Source: a virus
Lineage: Duplodnaviria; Caudoviricetes
IMG/VR virus record: IMGVR_UViG_3300033996_001518
Coordinates: 1-57,018 of that record
Direction: 5' to 3' (one strand)
Length of the DNA: 57,018 nucleotides
The notes under the pieces were generated by a model, which was not told the DNA's origin, ran no database searches, and saw nothing but the letters and a program-made list of their open reading frames with translations. Below, in pieces: positions 35,301-44,700 of the stretch. The translations under genes and the position numbers were made by a program. Positions within the stretch are counted from its first letter, which is position 1. The number at the start of each line of letters is the position of its first letter.

Positions 35301-37584
35301 TACCGCTAGTCCCTGATGTTCCATCAATACCACTAGTCCCTGATGTTCCATCAATACCACTAGTCCCTGATGTACCTGAAGTACCATCTGTTCCACTAGT
35401 TCCTGAAGTTCCGCTAGTACCATCAATACCGCTAGTCCCTGAAGTTCCATCAATTCCCGAAGTTCCTGAAGTTCCATCAATTCCTGAAGTACCTGAAGTT
35501 CCATCTGTACCGTTAATACCTGAAGTACCTGATGTACCATCTGTACCGTCAATACCCGAACAACCTGTCACACCTGATGTACCTGAAGTACCATCTATTC
35601 CACTTGTACCTGAAGTACCGTCTATTCCACTTGTACCTGAAGTACCGTCTATTCCACTTGTACCTGAAGTACCGTCTGTACCACTAGTACCTGATGTACC
35701 ATCAATTCCCGAAGTTCCTGATGTACCGTCTACTCCACTAGTTCCTGAAGTACCTGACGTTCCGTCAATACCACTAGTTCCTGAAGTTCCATCTGTTCCC
35801 GAAGTTCCTGATGTTCCATCAATACCACTAGTACCTGAAGTTCCGTCTATTCCACTTGTACCTGATGTCCCGTCTGTACCACTAGTACCCGATGTTCCGT
35901 CTATTCCTGAAGTTCCACTTGTTCCTGAAGTTCCATCTGTTCCCGAAGTTCCTGATGTTCCATCAATACCACTAGTACCTGAAGTTCCGTCTATTCCACT
36001 TGTACCTGATGTCCCGTCTGTACCACTAGTACCCGATGTTCCGTCTATTCCTGAAGTTCCACTTGTTCCTGAAGTTCCATCAATACCACTAGTTCCTGAA
36101 GTTCCATCTGTTCCCGAAGTTCCTGATGTTCCATCAATACCGCTTGTACCTGATGTACCATCTGTCCCACTAGTACCTGAAGTTCCGTCAATGCCACTAG
36201 TTCCTGAAGTACCTGACGTTCCGTCAATACCACTAGTTCCTGAAGTACCGTCTGTTCCCGAAGTACCTGACGTTCCGTCAATACCACTTGTTCCTGAAGT
36301 TCCATCTGTTCCCGAAGTTCCTGATGTTCCATCAATACCACTAGTACCTGATGTACCGTCTATTCCACTTGTACCTGATGTACCTGATGTACCTGATGTA
36401 CCATCTATACCGCTTGTACCTGATGTACCATCTATACCGCTTGTACCTGATGTCCCGTCTATCCCTGAAGTTCCACTTGTTCCTGAAGTTCCATCAATAC
36501 CACTAGTCCCTGATGTTCCATCTGTACCACTTGTACCTGATGTACCATCTATACCGCTTGTACCTGATGTACCATCTGTCCCACTAGTACCTGAAGTTCC
36601 GTCAATACCACTAGTACCTGAAGTTCCATCTGTACCACTAGTACCTGATGTCCCATCAATTCCTGAAGTCCCTGATGTTCCATCAATACCGCTAGTACCT
36701 GAAGTTCCACTAGTTCCTCCTGTAAAATTAATTGTTACATTACCTCCGCCATCATTAATAACTGAAGCCCCTGAAAATGTCATACCTGTAACATTAGTTA
36801 CTGTTACACCTGACGTGGCATCATAAACTGTAAGAGGACTACCTCCACCTGATGTGAATCCTGAAACATTTACTAAAGAACCATCACTATTATTAAGGGT
36901 TAACGTTTCAGTACCACTGTTATATGTTCCACCTGTTATAGCCCCATTAAAACCTGATATTGATATTGTACCTCCGGTACTATTGAATAAGTCTAAAGTT
37001 GTTGTCGCAGAATAATATGTACCTCCTGTTATTTGAATATCAGTAGCACTTACAATTCTCCATCTGGCATTATCTCTTGTAACTCCATTAACCCCTTCAA
37101 TTGTTGAACCTGTCCAAGCACTAATAAAATTTTTACCCGCTTGTGAACGGTTATTAACTACCGTTGTATAATCTGTTTGGGTAATTGCAGAATTACCAGT
37201 TAAACCCGATAAATTATTCCAAAGAGTTTCATAATTAGGAATAACATATTGGTAGGAAGTATTTGTTTCTTGAACCCACACTTCCATACCCAATCTTCTT
37301 CTACCTGATGATATATTATCCGAATTTAAACTAATACTGTCCGGTGAAAATGCACTTCCCGTTCCTTTAGTAAAATTAATCGGTATCGTATTTGCAGATA
37401 ACTGAATCTGCGCAGGATAAGTAGAAGCTGTTAAAATTAACTCTAAATCGTTTAATTCCCAAACCTCCATATACCCCCCAATATTCAAAACCGAGAATGT
37501 ATTACCAAACGTAACCGTCCTACCTACAGTATCGGTCCCTGAACTTTGAGTTAATGAAATCGGATTCTTATATTGAAATGCCAT
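29383..37584 (-). CDS. giant collagen-like (Gly-X-Y) fibre protein (2733 aa) with N-terminal anchor region, central globular insert and C-terminal SKSF..HP..EGPE domain
   Basis: Two uninterrupted G-X-Y tracts of about 1000-1100 aa each, built from GTS/GID/GTD/GTT/GVN. The C-terminal KSFDIPHP...LEGPEHGVYFRG motif is of the kind seen at the ends of viral fibre proteins. Confidence 0.8.
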   Translation of the reverse strand: MAFQYKNPISLTQSSGTDTVGRTVTFGNTFSVLNIGGYMEVWELNDLELILTASTYPAQIQLSANTIPINFTKGTGSAFSPDSISLNSDNISSGRRRLGMEVWVQETNTSYQYVIPNYETLWNNLSGLTGNSAITQTDYTTVVNNRSQAGKNFISAWTGSTIEGVNGVTRDNARWRIVSATDIQITGGTYYSATTTLDLFNSTGGTISISGFNGAITGGTYNSGTETLTLNNSDGSLVNVSGFTSGGGSPLTVYDATSGVTVTNVTGMTFSGASVINDGGGNVTINFTGGTSGTSGTSGIDGTSGTSGIDGTSGTSGTDGTSGTSGIDGTSGTSGTDGTSGTSGIDGTSGTSGTDGTSGTSGIDGTSGTSGTSGIDGTSGTSGIDGTSGTSGIDGTSGTSGTSGTSGIDGTSGTSGIDGTSGTSGTDGTSGTSGIDGTSGTSGTDGTSGTSGIDGTSGTSGTSGIDGTSGTSGTDGTSGTSGIDGTSGTSGTDGTSGTSGIDGTSGTSGTSGIDGTSGTSGTDGTSGTSGIDGTSGTSGIDGTSGTSGTDGTSGTSGTSGIDGTSGTSGTDGTSGTSGIDGTSGTSGIDGTSGTSGTDGTSGTSGIDGTSGTSGTSGVDGTSGTSGIDGTSGTSGTDGTSGTSGIDGTSGTSGIDGTSGTSGIDGTSGTSGVTGCSGIDGTDGTSGTSGINGTDGTSGTSGIDGTSGTSGIDGTSGTSGIDGTSGTSGTSGTDGTSGTSGTSGIDGTSGTSGIDGTSGTSGTSGIDGTSGTSGTSGTSGTSGIDGTSGTSGTSGTSGIDGTSGTSGTSGTDGTSGTSGTSGIDGTSGTSGIDGTSGTSGIDGTSGTSGIDGTSGTSGIDGTSGTSGIDGTSGTSGTSGIDGTSGTSGTSGIDGTSGTSGTSGIDGTSGTSGIDGTSGTSGTSGIDGTSGTSGTSGIDGTSGTSGTSGIDGTSGTSGTSGTSGTDGTSGTSGIDGTSGTSGTSGIDGTSGTSGTSGIDGTSGTSGIDGTSGTSGTSGIDGTSGTSGIDGTSGTSGIDGTSGTSGTSGIDGTSGTSGTSGTTGTSGTSGIDGTSGTSGTSGTTGTSGTSGTSGIDGTSGTSGTSGIDGTSGTSGTSGTSGTSGIDGTSGTSGIDGTSGTSGVDGTSGTSGIDGTSGTSGTSGIDGTSGTSGTSGTSGIDGTSGTSGIDGTSGTSGTDGTSGTSGTTGTSGTSGIDGTSGTSGTSGTTGTSGTSGTDGTSGTSGTSGTTGTSGTSGTSGTTGTSGTSGTTGTSGTDGTSGTSGTTGTSGTSGIDGTSGTSGTDGTSGTSGTDGTSGTSGTDGTSGTSGTSGTSGTSGIDGTSGTSGTTGTSGTDGTSGTSGTTGTSGTSGTTGTSGTTGTSGTSGTTGTSGTSGENGISAGQVFYFNESQNSDVSGYKVLSTDPSTATTQTLTTNLTGSQQNVLVSDYITPQLGFAVIPGGVQRFHLHYLKPASNDDIDAYVEIQLATSSGTPIGPTITSNVALIGWVSSVVPVEVNVDIVLPTTTIDPTNRMIVRLYLSNNDSSSRSVVYYTEGNSYYSFVLTSVGAIAGTSGTSGTSGINGTSGTSGIDGTSGTSGTDGTSGTSGTDGTSGTSGIDGTSGTSGTDGTSGTSGTSGIDGTSGTSGTSGTSGTSGTSGIDGTSGTSGTSGIDGTSGTSGTTGTSGTSGIDGTSGTSGTSGIDGTSGTSGTTGTSGTSGVDGTSGTSGTDGTSGTSGTSGTDGTSGTSGVDGTSGTSGTDGTSGTSGTDGTSGTSGTTGTSGTSGTTGTSGTSGTTGTSGTSGTDGTSGTSGTDGTSGTSGTSGIDGTSGTSGTTGTSGTSGTSGTSGIDGTSGTSGTDGTSGTSGTTGTSGTSGTSGIDGTSGTSGTTGTSGTTGTSGTSGIDGTSGTSGTTGTSGTTGTSGTSGIDGTSGTSGTTGTSGTSGTTGTSGTSGTTGTSGTSGIDGTSGTSGTSGTTGTSGTSGTSGTSGTTGTSGTSGTSGTSGIDGTSGTSGTSGTTGTSGTTGTSGTSGTTGTSGTSGTSGTTGTSGTSGIDGTSGTSGTDGTSGTSGTTGTSGTSGTTGTSGTSGTTGTSGTSGTSGTSGIDGTSGTSGTTGTSGTSGVNGTSGTSGTTGTSGTSGVNGTSGTSGTTGTSGTSGVNGTSGTTGTSGTTGTSGTSGVNGTSGTSGTTGTSGTSGVNGTSGTTGTSGTTGTSGTSGTTGTSGTSGTSGTSGVNGTSGTSGTTGTSGTTGTSGTSGTSGTTGTSGTSGTSGVNGTSGTSGTSGIDGTSGTSGVNGTSGTTGTSGTSGTSGTTGTSGTSGTTGTSGTSGVNGTSGTTGTSGTTGTSGTSGVNGTSGTTGTSGTTGTSGTTGTSGTSGTTGTSGTSGINGTSGTSGTTGTSGTSGVNGTSGTSGTTGTSGTTGTSGTSGTTGTSGTSGVNGTSGTSGTTGTSGTTGTSGTTGTSGTSGTTGTSGTTGTSGTSGVNGTSGTSGVNGTSGTSGTTGTSGTTGTSGTSGTTGTSGTTGTSGTSGVNGTSGTTGTSGTSGTTGTSGTTGTSGTSGVNGTSGTTGTSGTSGTSGIANILNNANNRLTTATGNSGELQAETNATFDGSTLRITGDTVMTGSLTAASKSFDIPHPTKEGYRLRYGVLEGPEHGVYFRGSTTQKVIELPDYWVGLVHEDSFTVNLTSIGKPCENYIVEIKDNKVFIDSGCDDINVFYLIYAERKDVEKVLLEYKPIK
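29865..32885 (-). repeat. Gly-X-Y coding repeat tract 2 (9-bp period, degenerate codons)
   Basis: Continuous GTS/GTT/GID/GVN triplets. Confidence 0.9.
33415..36720 (-). repeat. Gly-X-Y coding repeat tract 1 (9-bp period, degenerate codons)
   Basis: Continuous GTS/GID/GTD triplets. Confidence 0.9.
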
Positions 37585-37623
37585 ATTATATTATATTATA
37601 TTATTGTTTTATATTATTGAATA

Positions 37624-39207
37624 TTATGTTTTTGTATCACCTTTAAAATATATTGTTGCTCCTAATGGAAGTGTTGCCGGTACTACAAAATTCCAAAGAA
37701 CTCTATATGTCCCTGCAGGTAATATTGACCCTATCGGAACATCCACATCGATTGCAGCATTACCTAAATCCGGAATACCATCTGAGAATATATTACTAGT
37801 ACAAGGACTTGATGACCCAACATCGACCGTCATATTAGTTAATGTATTTCCAACCCCTGCGAGTGGAATCCAAATACTGTAATCATATTGTACATTAGGA
37901 TTAACATTACTTGTTGTAACCTCAATAGTTCCAAACGTATATTGATTTTGAGAACATCCAAACGTATCGGTACCTGAACCCGAACTCTGTCTAATATTTC
38001 CTGTTAAATTAGTTACACTAGTAATAAAATTACCCGAACTTCCGGTCCATCCCGGATATTCAATGTAAGTCAACATATTTGACTCGTAATTACTACTTCC
38101 CGGTATACCTCCACTATTTAAGAATCCATACCAATCAGCACCATTGTCAAACATAAATTGACCTAAACTATCTTGAGACGTTGAATCTAATGCCTCAGGG
38201 AATAGATACGCCTTAAATAAACTAGTTGTTTGTGACGGTGTTTGAGTCAGTGTCGGAGTATTTGTTGGAGTCTGAGTAGGAGTTTCCGTATTAGTTGGAG
38301 TTTGAGTTTGAGTTGGTGTTTGAGTCGGAGTTTCAGTAGTTGTTGGAGTTGGAGTGTTTGTAGGAGTTTCCGTATTAGTTGGTGTTGGCGTATTTGTAGG
38401 CGTCTCGGTATTAGTAGGCGTCTGAGTCGGAGTTTCCGTATTAGTTGGTGTTGGCGTATTTGTAGGAGTTTCCGTAGTTGTTGGAGTTGGAGTGTTTGTA
38501 GGTGTTTCTGTATTAGTTGGTGTTGGCGTGTTTGTAGGCGTCTCTGTATTAGTTTGAGTTGGGGTCTGAGTTGGTGTTTCTGTATTAGTAGGTGTGTTTG
38601 TATTAGTTGGAGTCGGAGTTTGTGTTGAAGTTTCTGTATTAGTTGGTGTTGGCGTGTTTGTAGGCGTCTCTGTATTAGTAGGCGTGTTTGTAGGCGTCTC
38701 TGTATTAGTTGGAGTCGGAGTTTGAGTTGGAGTCTCTGTATTAGTTGGAGTTGGTGTTTGAGTAGGTGTTTCTGTATTAGTTGGCGTTTGAGTTGGAGTT
38801 TCCGTATTTGTTGGTGTTTGAGTAGGTGTTTCTGTATTTGTAGGCGTTTGAGTAGGAGTGGTAGTATTAGTTGGAGTATTTGTCGGTGTTTGAGTTGTTG
38901 TTGCCGTCGGTGTCGGAGTAACCGCAGCAGCATTAGTAGGCGTATTTGTTGGAGTTTGTGTTGGACTTGGAGTATTAGTTGGAGTACCACATTGAATTGT
39001 AATAATAACACCGTCTAATAATTCATTACGGGTAACATCAGAGTAATATATTATATCGTCTAAATATACATTAAATGGTCCTATTGAATTTGAGTTTGGT
39101 GTTAACTTAACAATATACTGAGAACATCCAACAACCGATAATTGTTGTTCGATTTCAGCGGTACACCCAGGTGCATTATTGGTAACAAGAATAGAATATA
39201 TTGACAT
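37624..39207 (-). CDS. virion protein with about 250-aa Thr/Pro (TPTNTE) mucin-like linker (527 aa)
   Basis: Short beta-rich N-terminal module, [10 protein letters not shown] tract, globular C-terminal domain. Confidence 0.75.
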   Translation of the reverse strand: MSIYSILVTNNAPGCTAEIEQQLSVVGCSQYIVKLTPNSNSIGPFNVYLDDIIYYSDVTRNELLDGVIITIQCGTPTNTPSPTQTPTNTPTNAAAVTPTPTATTTQTPTNTPTNTTTPTQTPTNTETPTQTPTNTETPTQTPTNTETPTQTPTPTNTETPTQTPTPTNTETPTNTPTNTETPTNTPTPTNTETSTQTPTPTNTNTPTNTETPTQTPTQTNTETPTNTPTPTNTETPTNTPTPTTTETPTNTPTPTNTETPTQTPTNTETPTNTPTPTNTETPTNTPTPTTTETPTQTPTQTQTPTNTETPTQTPTNTPTLTQTPSQTTSLFKAYLFPEALDSTSQDSLGQFMFDNGADWYGFLNSGGIPGSSNYESNMLTYIEYPGWTGSSGNFITSVTNLTGNIRQSSGSGTDTFGCSQNQYTFGTIEVTTSNVNPNVQYDYSIWIPLAGVGNTLTNMTVDVGSSSPCTSNIFSDGIPDLGNAAIDVDVPIGSILPAGTYRVLWNFVVPATLPLGATIYFKGDTKT

Positions 39208-39295
39208 TCGATGTTTTTATTAAATAAATACCACAACAATTCTATTTCAGTTACAATTAAAGTAAAAATGAAAATTTTATTATTAAGTATTGTAA

Positions 39296-39601
39296 TTATT
39301 GCTCTGTAATGGTAATATTAACAATACATGACACCAAGTTAATAGTGATTTCAAACGCACAACCAAAAGTACAATCAAGTATTTTAAAAATCTCACAATC
39401 GTTATCATCCACTAACAATAACATAATTTCAGGAGCGGTATTAAATATTGTTGGTATTACAGTATTATAGTTAACTGTTGGAGGTACAGGACCTGTTCCA
39501 ATAACTCCTAATAAACTACGATTATTACCATATACATCAGCTATGTATACACTAATTGGGTAAGTCCCCCCCGATATTTCATCAATTCTAATTTGTGTCA
39601 T
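39296..39601 (-). CDS. small beta-rich structural protein (about 101 aa; start corrected to 39601), distant paralogue of 16021..16239
   Basis: The ATG overlaps the upstream stop (TAATG). Pattern I.I..I.GGTYP..VYI.D ... LLVDDN.C. Confidence 0.65.
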   Translation of the reverse strand: MTQIRIDEISGGTYPISVYIADVYGNNRSLLGVIGTGPVPPTVNYNTVIPTIFNTAPEIMLLLVDDNDCEIFKILDCTFGCAFEITINLVSCIVNITITEQ

Positions 39602-41733
39602 TATGTTAAGCAAATTATATCATATTCTATTATCAAATCAATAACAATTTCTTGACCTATTAATGTGTCATTACCTCTTGCCGTTTCAATCGTTATTATA
39701 TTATTTGAAGGATTAACAACAACACTACCAATACCCGGAATACTTAATAATAACTGAGTTATTGTATCATAATATAAGTTATCATCAGGAACATTACCTA
39801 ATGATGTAGATGTATAAAATGTCTCACTCGTCGTTAAATCTAATGGAGTTACCGAAACTTTAGCAGTAAACGTGGCACTAACTAAATCACAACCTGTATT
39901 ATCAATAGTTAAATCATAAAACCCTTCATTTAACATTTGTAATATTCCAAATTTAGTTGGCGATTCAATGTTAAACACCTCAGCTCCCATAACATATGTT
40001 TGATAAGACGTTAAACTAACATTACAACTAATAGTTGTTGTACGAGCTAATGAACATCCATCATTTCCAACAACAGTTAAACTGTATGTACCTCCGGTTA
40101 ATCCTGATACTTGGATTTGTTGTGGGTTATTTGGAACATTATCAGACCAATAAAAACTGAATGGTGTTACTCCTTGATTAATAAATGCAGTAATTTTACC
40201 CGAATTACCGGTACCACAAGATGTACTATACAAAGAAAAATCTAATGGACTACTTCCAAGAATTAAAATGTTTGCGGTTTGGATACAGTCATCCGCATCC
40301 GACACACTAACAACGTGATTACCCGCAGTTAAATTATTAAAAGTCACTGAAGTTAATGTAGTGTCAATAATATCATACACACCATTATCAATTGAATAAT
40401 CTAACGGTAATGTAGAACCCGGAGTGGTGAAGATAGTAACAGCACCGTTTGTCCCTCCACAAGTAGTCCCCGATACCTGAGTAGAAATTGTATATTTGTT
40501 TTCGGCAATAATTGTAACCTCTTCAAGGTAGGCACATCCTGAACTATCAGCGACAGCAACACTATATGTACCTGAAGACAAATTAGAAAATAATTGAGCG
40601 GTTTGAGTACCACTTATACTTGAGGTTGACCCACCCGGAGAAACTAATGTATAAGTATACGGTGTTACACCACCAACAACTGAAATTAATATCTCACCAT
40701 TAACACTAGAACAAGTTGAATTTGTTGTATTAACACTAACAGAAGATATTGAATTTACCGAAGTAATTGAAGTAGTAACATTTAATTGACATAGTCCAGC
40801 ATCTGTAACTGAAAATCCATACTCACCTGACGATAAACCTGAAATTGTATATGTTTGAGAATAAGATATTAAAACATCCCCGGTAGACGCAGAATAATAA
40901 TAAGGTGCAGTTCCACCTGTGACAGTTAAACTTATTGTTCCGTCCGCGTCAAAACAATTTGGTGGTGTTGAAGTAAAAGTCCCAAAACCTAATTGACTAA
41001 CATTAACTACGGTCGCACTCTTACTTAATTGACAACCATATCCATCAGTAACAGTTACAGAATATCCACCGGCAGTTAAACCCGTTATTGTATTCCCACT
41101 TGCGCCAGTATCCCATAAATAAGTAAATGGTGGTTGACCTGTAAGACCTGTAATAGTAATTTTACCTATTGGAGTACCTCCACAAGCAGAATTTGGAACC
41201 ATGTATAACCCATAGTTTAATGGTTCTGACTCTTCGACTATAAAATTTTGGCTTCTACCCGTACAACCTCCAAGGTCCAATACAGTCATGTAATATGTTC
41301 CGGCAGTTAAACTACCAAAAACCACATTATCTTGATTTGTTGTGGCAGATTGACTAAAAACCCCATCACCGTGATAAAGATAATAATTAGTTGATGAATA
41401 TTGTGTTGTTGAAGTTCCTGTAACCGAACCGTTATCTAACGAACAAGTTGTGTTACCAACATTTAAAATACTAGAACAAACACCACTTGAAACCGGAATA
41501 TTAATAAATTCTACTTGGTTTGTAGGTAATGTACTATCATTAACCCTAATACTATAAGTCCCACTTACTAAATTTGTTTTAGTTACTGATGATATATTAT
41601 AATCAGTTGATAATTCAGGTGTAATCCACTGTACTGTATATGGGTCAGAACCACCAGATATGATAAGGTTAATTATCCCAGCTGAGGTATTATTACAATC
41701 TCCTGTTACATTTATGTTATAATTAAATGCCAT
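39601..41733 (-). CDS. SprB-repeat (Ig-like) structural protein (710 aa)
   Basis: Repeated C....G.I...V.GG..PY.Y.W ... L..G.Y.V.V.D..GC units. Confidence 0.75.
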   Translation of the reverse strand: MAFNYNINVTGDCNNTSAGIINLIISGGSDPYTVQWITPELSTDYNISSVTKTNLVSGTYSIRVNDSTLPTNQVEFINIPVSSGVCSSILNVGNTTCSLDNGSVTGTSTTQYSSTNYYLYHGDGVFSQSATTNQDNVVFGSLTAGTYYMTVLDLGGCTGRSQNFIVEESEPLNYGLYMVPNSACGGTPIGKITITGLTGQPPFTYLWDTGASGNTITGLTAGGYSVTVTDGYGCQLSKSATVVNVSQLGFGTFTSTPPNCFDADGTISLTVTGGTAPYYYSASTGDVLISYSQTYTISGLSSGEYGFSVTDAGLCQLNVTTSITSVNSISSVSVNTTNSTCSSVNGEILISVVGGVTPYTYTLVSPGGSTSSISGTQTAQLFSNLSSGTYSVAVADSSGCAYLEEVTIIAENKYTISTQVSGTTCGGTNGAVTIFTTPGSTLPLDYSIDNGVYDIIDTTLTSVTFNNLTAGNHVVSVSDADDCIQTANILILGSSPLDFSLYSTSCGTGNSGKITAFINQGVTPFSFYWSDNVPNNPQQIQVSGLTGGTYSLTVVGNDGCSLARTTTISCNVSLTSYQTYVMGAEVFNIESPTKFGILQMLNEGFYDLTIDNTGCDLVSATFTAKVSVTPLDLTTSETFYTSTSLGNVPDDNLYYDTITQLLLSIPGIGSVVVNPSNNIITIETARGNDTLIGQEIVIDLIIEYDIICLT

Positions 41734-44700
41734 TAGTTACTATTACAATTTATATTTATTTGTATCCCTGCATATAAGGTAAGGGTTTCATTTATGTTTC
41801 TTTCAGTACAAGTTAAACTTGTCACTATTAAATCATTCCCTCTTATTTCACCTTGAAACCCATAGTCATATAACAATGGTAGATACTCATATACAGAATT
41901 TTTCCACATCTCATTTGTTGGAACATCCGTATATCCATAACCAACATAATTTGTGCCATCCGGATTCAAAACCGGTTCTTTAATTAATACCTCATTTTCA
42001 ATTCTTAAATCAACGTACCACTCGGTTTGAACTGAATTTTGAATACAATCATTTAATGTATATCCACTTTGGGATAACATATTATTAATCCTATTCGCCA
42101 AAATACTGTTAAAGTTCCCAACATCAGGGTCTCCATTTAACCAAGGAAATAACTTATAATTAGTTCGCTCAGTAGTACAAGTGTAATCAAATATGTTTGA
42201 AATAATAAAACATGGTGTGACAGGTACAGGAACAAATTGGCAGCCTCTTTGTCTTCTATAAACAAATTTTTGTTTATGTAAGATTGAGTTTTCCATCTTA
42301 ACCCCTGAATTCCAAATTGTTGTTGCCGGCACCATTTGTTCTGCCAACTTCATCCAATAAGGACCAATACCATTAACATAATCAATTAACTTTTGATATG
42401 TATATTTGTTATTAGGTAAACCAACAGTTTGTTCGGATTCAATATATTTCCACCAAATTGATTGGAGTACCGGATATCCCCCTGTTTTACCATCACTGAT
42501 GTATTGTCTATTCCTAACATTAATCATATTCTCCCAAAATGTTTGCGAGAATTCAAAGAATGTTTTCTTTTTAGGCTCAGGATTAATATAAGTCCAATCC
42601 ACTCCACCCGGAACCGGATAACCAACGGTTAAACCTGATTCAGGAAATGGGTAATCATACTCTACCGATTCTTTCCAAACATCATATAACAATCCTTGTG
42701 ATGGATTTAAAAATAAGTCGACATTCTTAACATTCAATACTAATCTTTCATCGTCAACAAAATAATAAGCATTATAATCAGCACTTGTTGAAACTCTTAT
42801 TTTAGTATCCTCCTCTAACCATGACTTATTGTTATCAACTACTTTTTGTAATTTAAACCCTTCAGTCATATAAGGGAAATCCCTGAAACGGTCTAAATAT
42901 GGTTGACCATAAGTAAACGGTTGTAATTGAGTTTGAATATTATAGTTTTGTCCGGTATAAACCGCACCTGTAATAACAACCTTATCAGGACTTCTGTGTT
43001 GTGGTGTTGATTCATACCATCCGGAACCAACTTGGAAGAAATAACTTTCAGTATTTACCGGTGCTTTTGGATATCCAAAGACATCAATAGGGTATTCTGA
43101 TAAACGAATTGAAACGTCTTCGTAAGTCGCACTTGATGTATATCCCGAATAAACTCCACCTTTAATTCTATAGGTATCACCAGGCAAATATGAAGGAACT
43201 TTATTAACATAAGTACCTCCTGATATCGAAGCCCATTGAACATAGAATTGGTCTAAATTAATTTTTTGGTCAGCCAAATAGATATGCTCATTAAACTCAA
43301 TTAAAGAATCCGGAGCACCAATTAATCTTAACATAAACTCAACTGACCTTCTCGTACCTTTTGATTTAAAAAGGTAAGCAGCATTCAGAATTAAATTACG
43401 GTAAAAAGCGTAATTTATCTCAGTTGGAGTAAGGGCTCTTGCATAACCAGGGTAGGTTGGAGTTGCAGTATTACCAAACACAGAACTTAAAAAATCCTCA
43501 TCTGTAATTGGTGAAAAATTAGATGTCCACCCTAAGGTTTGTGCCAAGTTTACCAATAATTGAGATGGTATGTCGTTTGACGGATTGTAGTTAACCGAAT
43601 TCATATATGCCAATGCATCAATGAACTGTTTTATTTGGTCAAAACTTCTTCCGTAAATTTGAAATATTTTTTCAACCTTTTGACCTAAGGTATCAAATTC
43701 TTTTAACGAATCTGTAACTAAAAATCTTGAGATTAAATTTGTTTTAAACGAATCTAAATTAACAGCAATTTCATCTAATTGGGTTAAGTAATCATCAAAC
43801 AAAAATGAACGAATGTCTAAATTCCACACTCCATCTTTAGGCCAAGTTACTTGTTGATAATTCGTATAGAACTCACCATTTTCAGTTTGGGCAGGAACTT
43901 GGAAAACCGCAGTATATTCCGGTCTTATTAATCTATTCAATAAGAATTTTTCAACCTCATCAAAACTTTCAGCAAAAATTCTATCAACAACTAAGTCATT
44001 AGGTCTAATTTGAAAATCCTCATTTATCGTACTTGCAGTAGTACCAAATGGTGCCCCTGAAACATAAAATGAAATGTATCCTGTACTTAATGTTGGTGAT
44101 GGTTGGAATGATACAATCTTAAAGATGTCATCATTAATACTAACACAATAATCTAAATAAGTGTTATACAAATTTCGATAAGGTGATGTAGTTATTTCCC
44201 TTAAGTTTAAGTTAGTAGCCGCACTAACTGAGTAATCAATATCAAAAGGATTATTAATCCTATCGACATTCACTTCAAAATATGTTTCATCATTAACCGA
44301 ATCGTAAGAAATGTTAACCGCGGTTGCTCCGGTAACAAACTCTAAGTTATTAAATATAACATCTAATGAAGCAGGAAAATAATGAATTACTTTAGTCGCC
44401 GATACTTGAAATCTCTTACGTAATGAACCATACATTGAGAAATTAAGAACTTGAGAAACATCATAATTAGGATAAACCCTAAATTGAGTCGCAATAATTC
44501 TTCTACTTTCAGCAACATCCTCAATGTTTAATGATTGTAAACTTAACGGTTCAGAAAATGCCCCTACATTAAAGTTTCTACTAACTTTTTCAGTAACCGA
44601 TGTAGTAAACTCAAAATTACCTTGCGTTAAACCTCCTCCCTCAACAGTCTGTAAACCTACAATGTTGTCGGAGAAAGTCGCAGCCCCACTTCCGGGTCTC

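Noticed and set aside
29850-36341. Many short - strand alternative-frame ORFs (QVLQELVV-like)
   Set aside because: Off-frame readings of the GTS repeat, interrupted by stops; no sign of programmed frameshifting.
33995-36826. 943-aa + strand ORF of VPSIPEVP repeats
   Set aside because: Same antisense artefact. The resemblance to the EVPV protein at 1277..2092 is coincidental low complexity.
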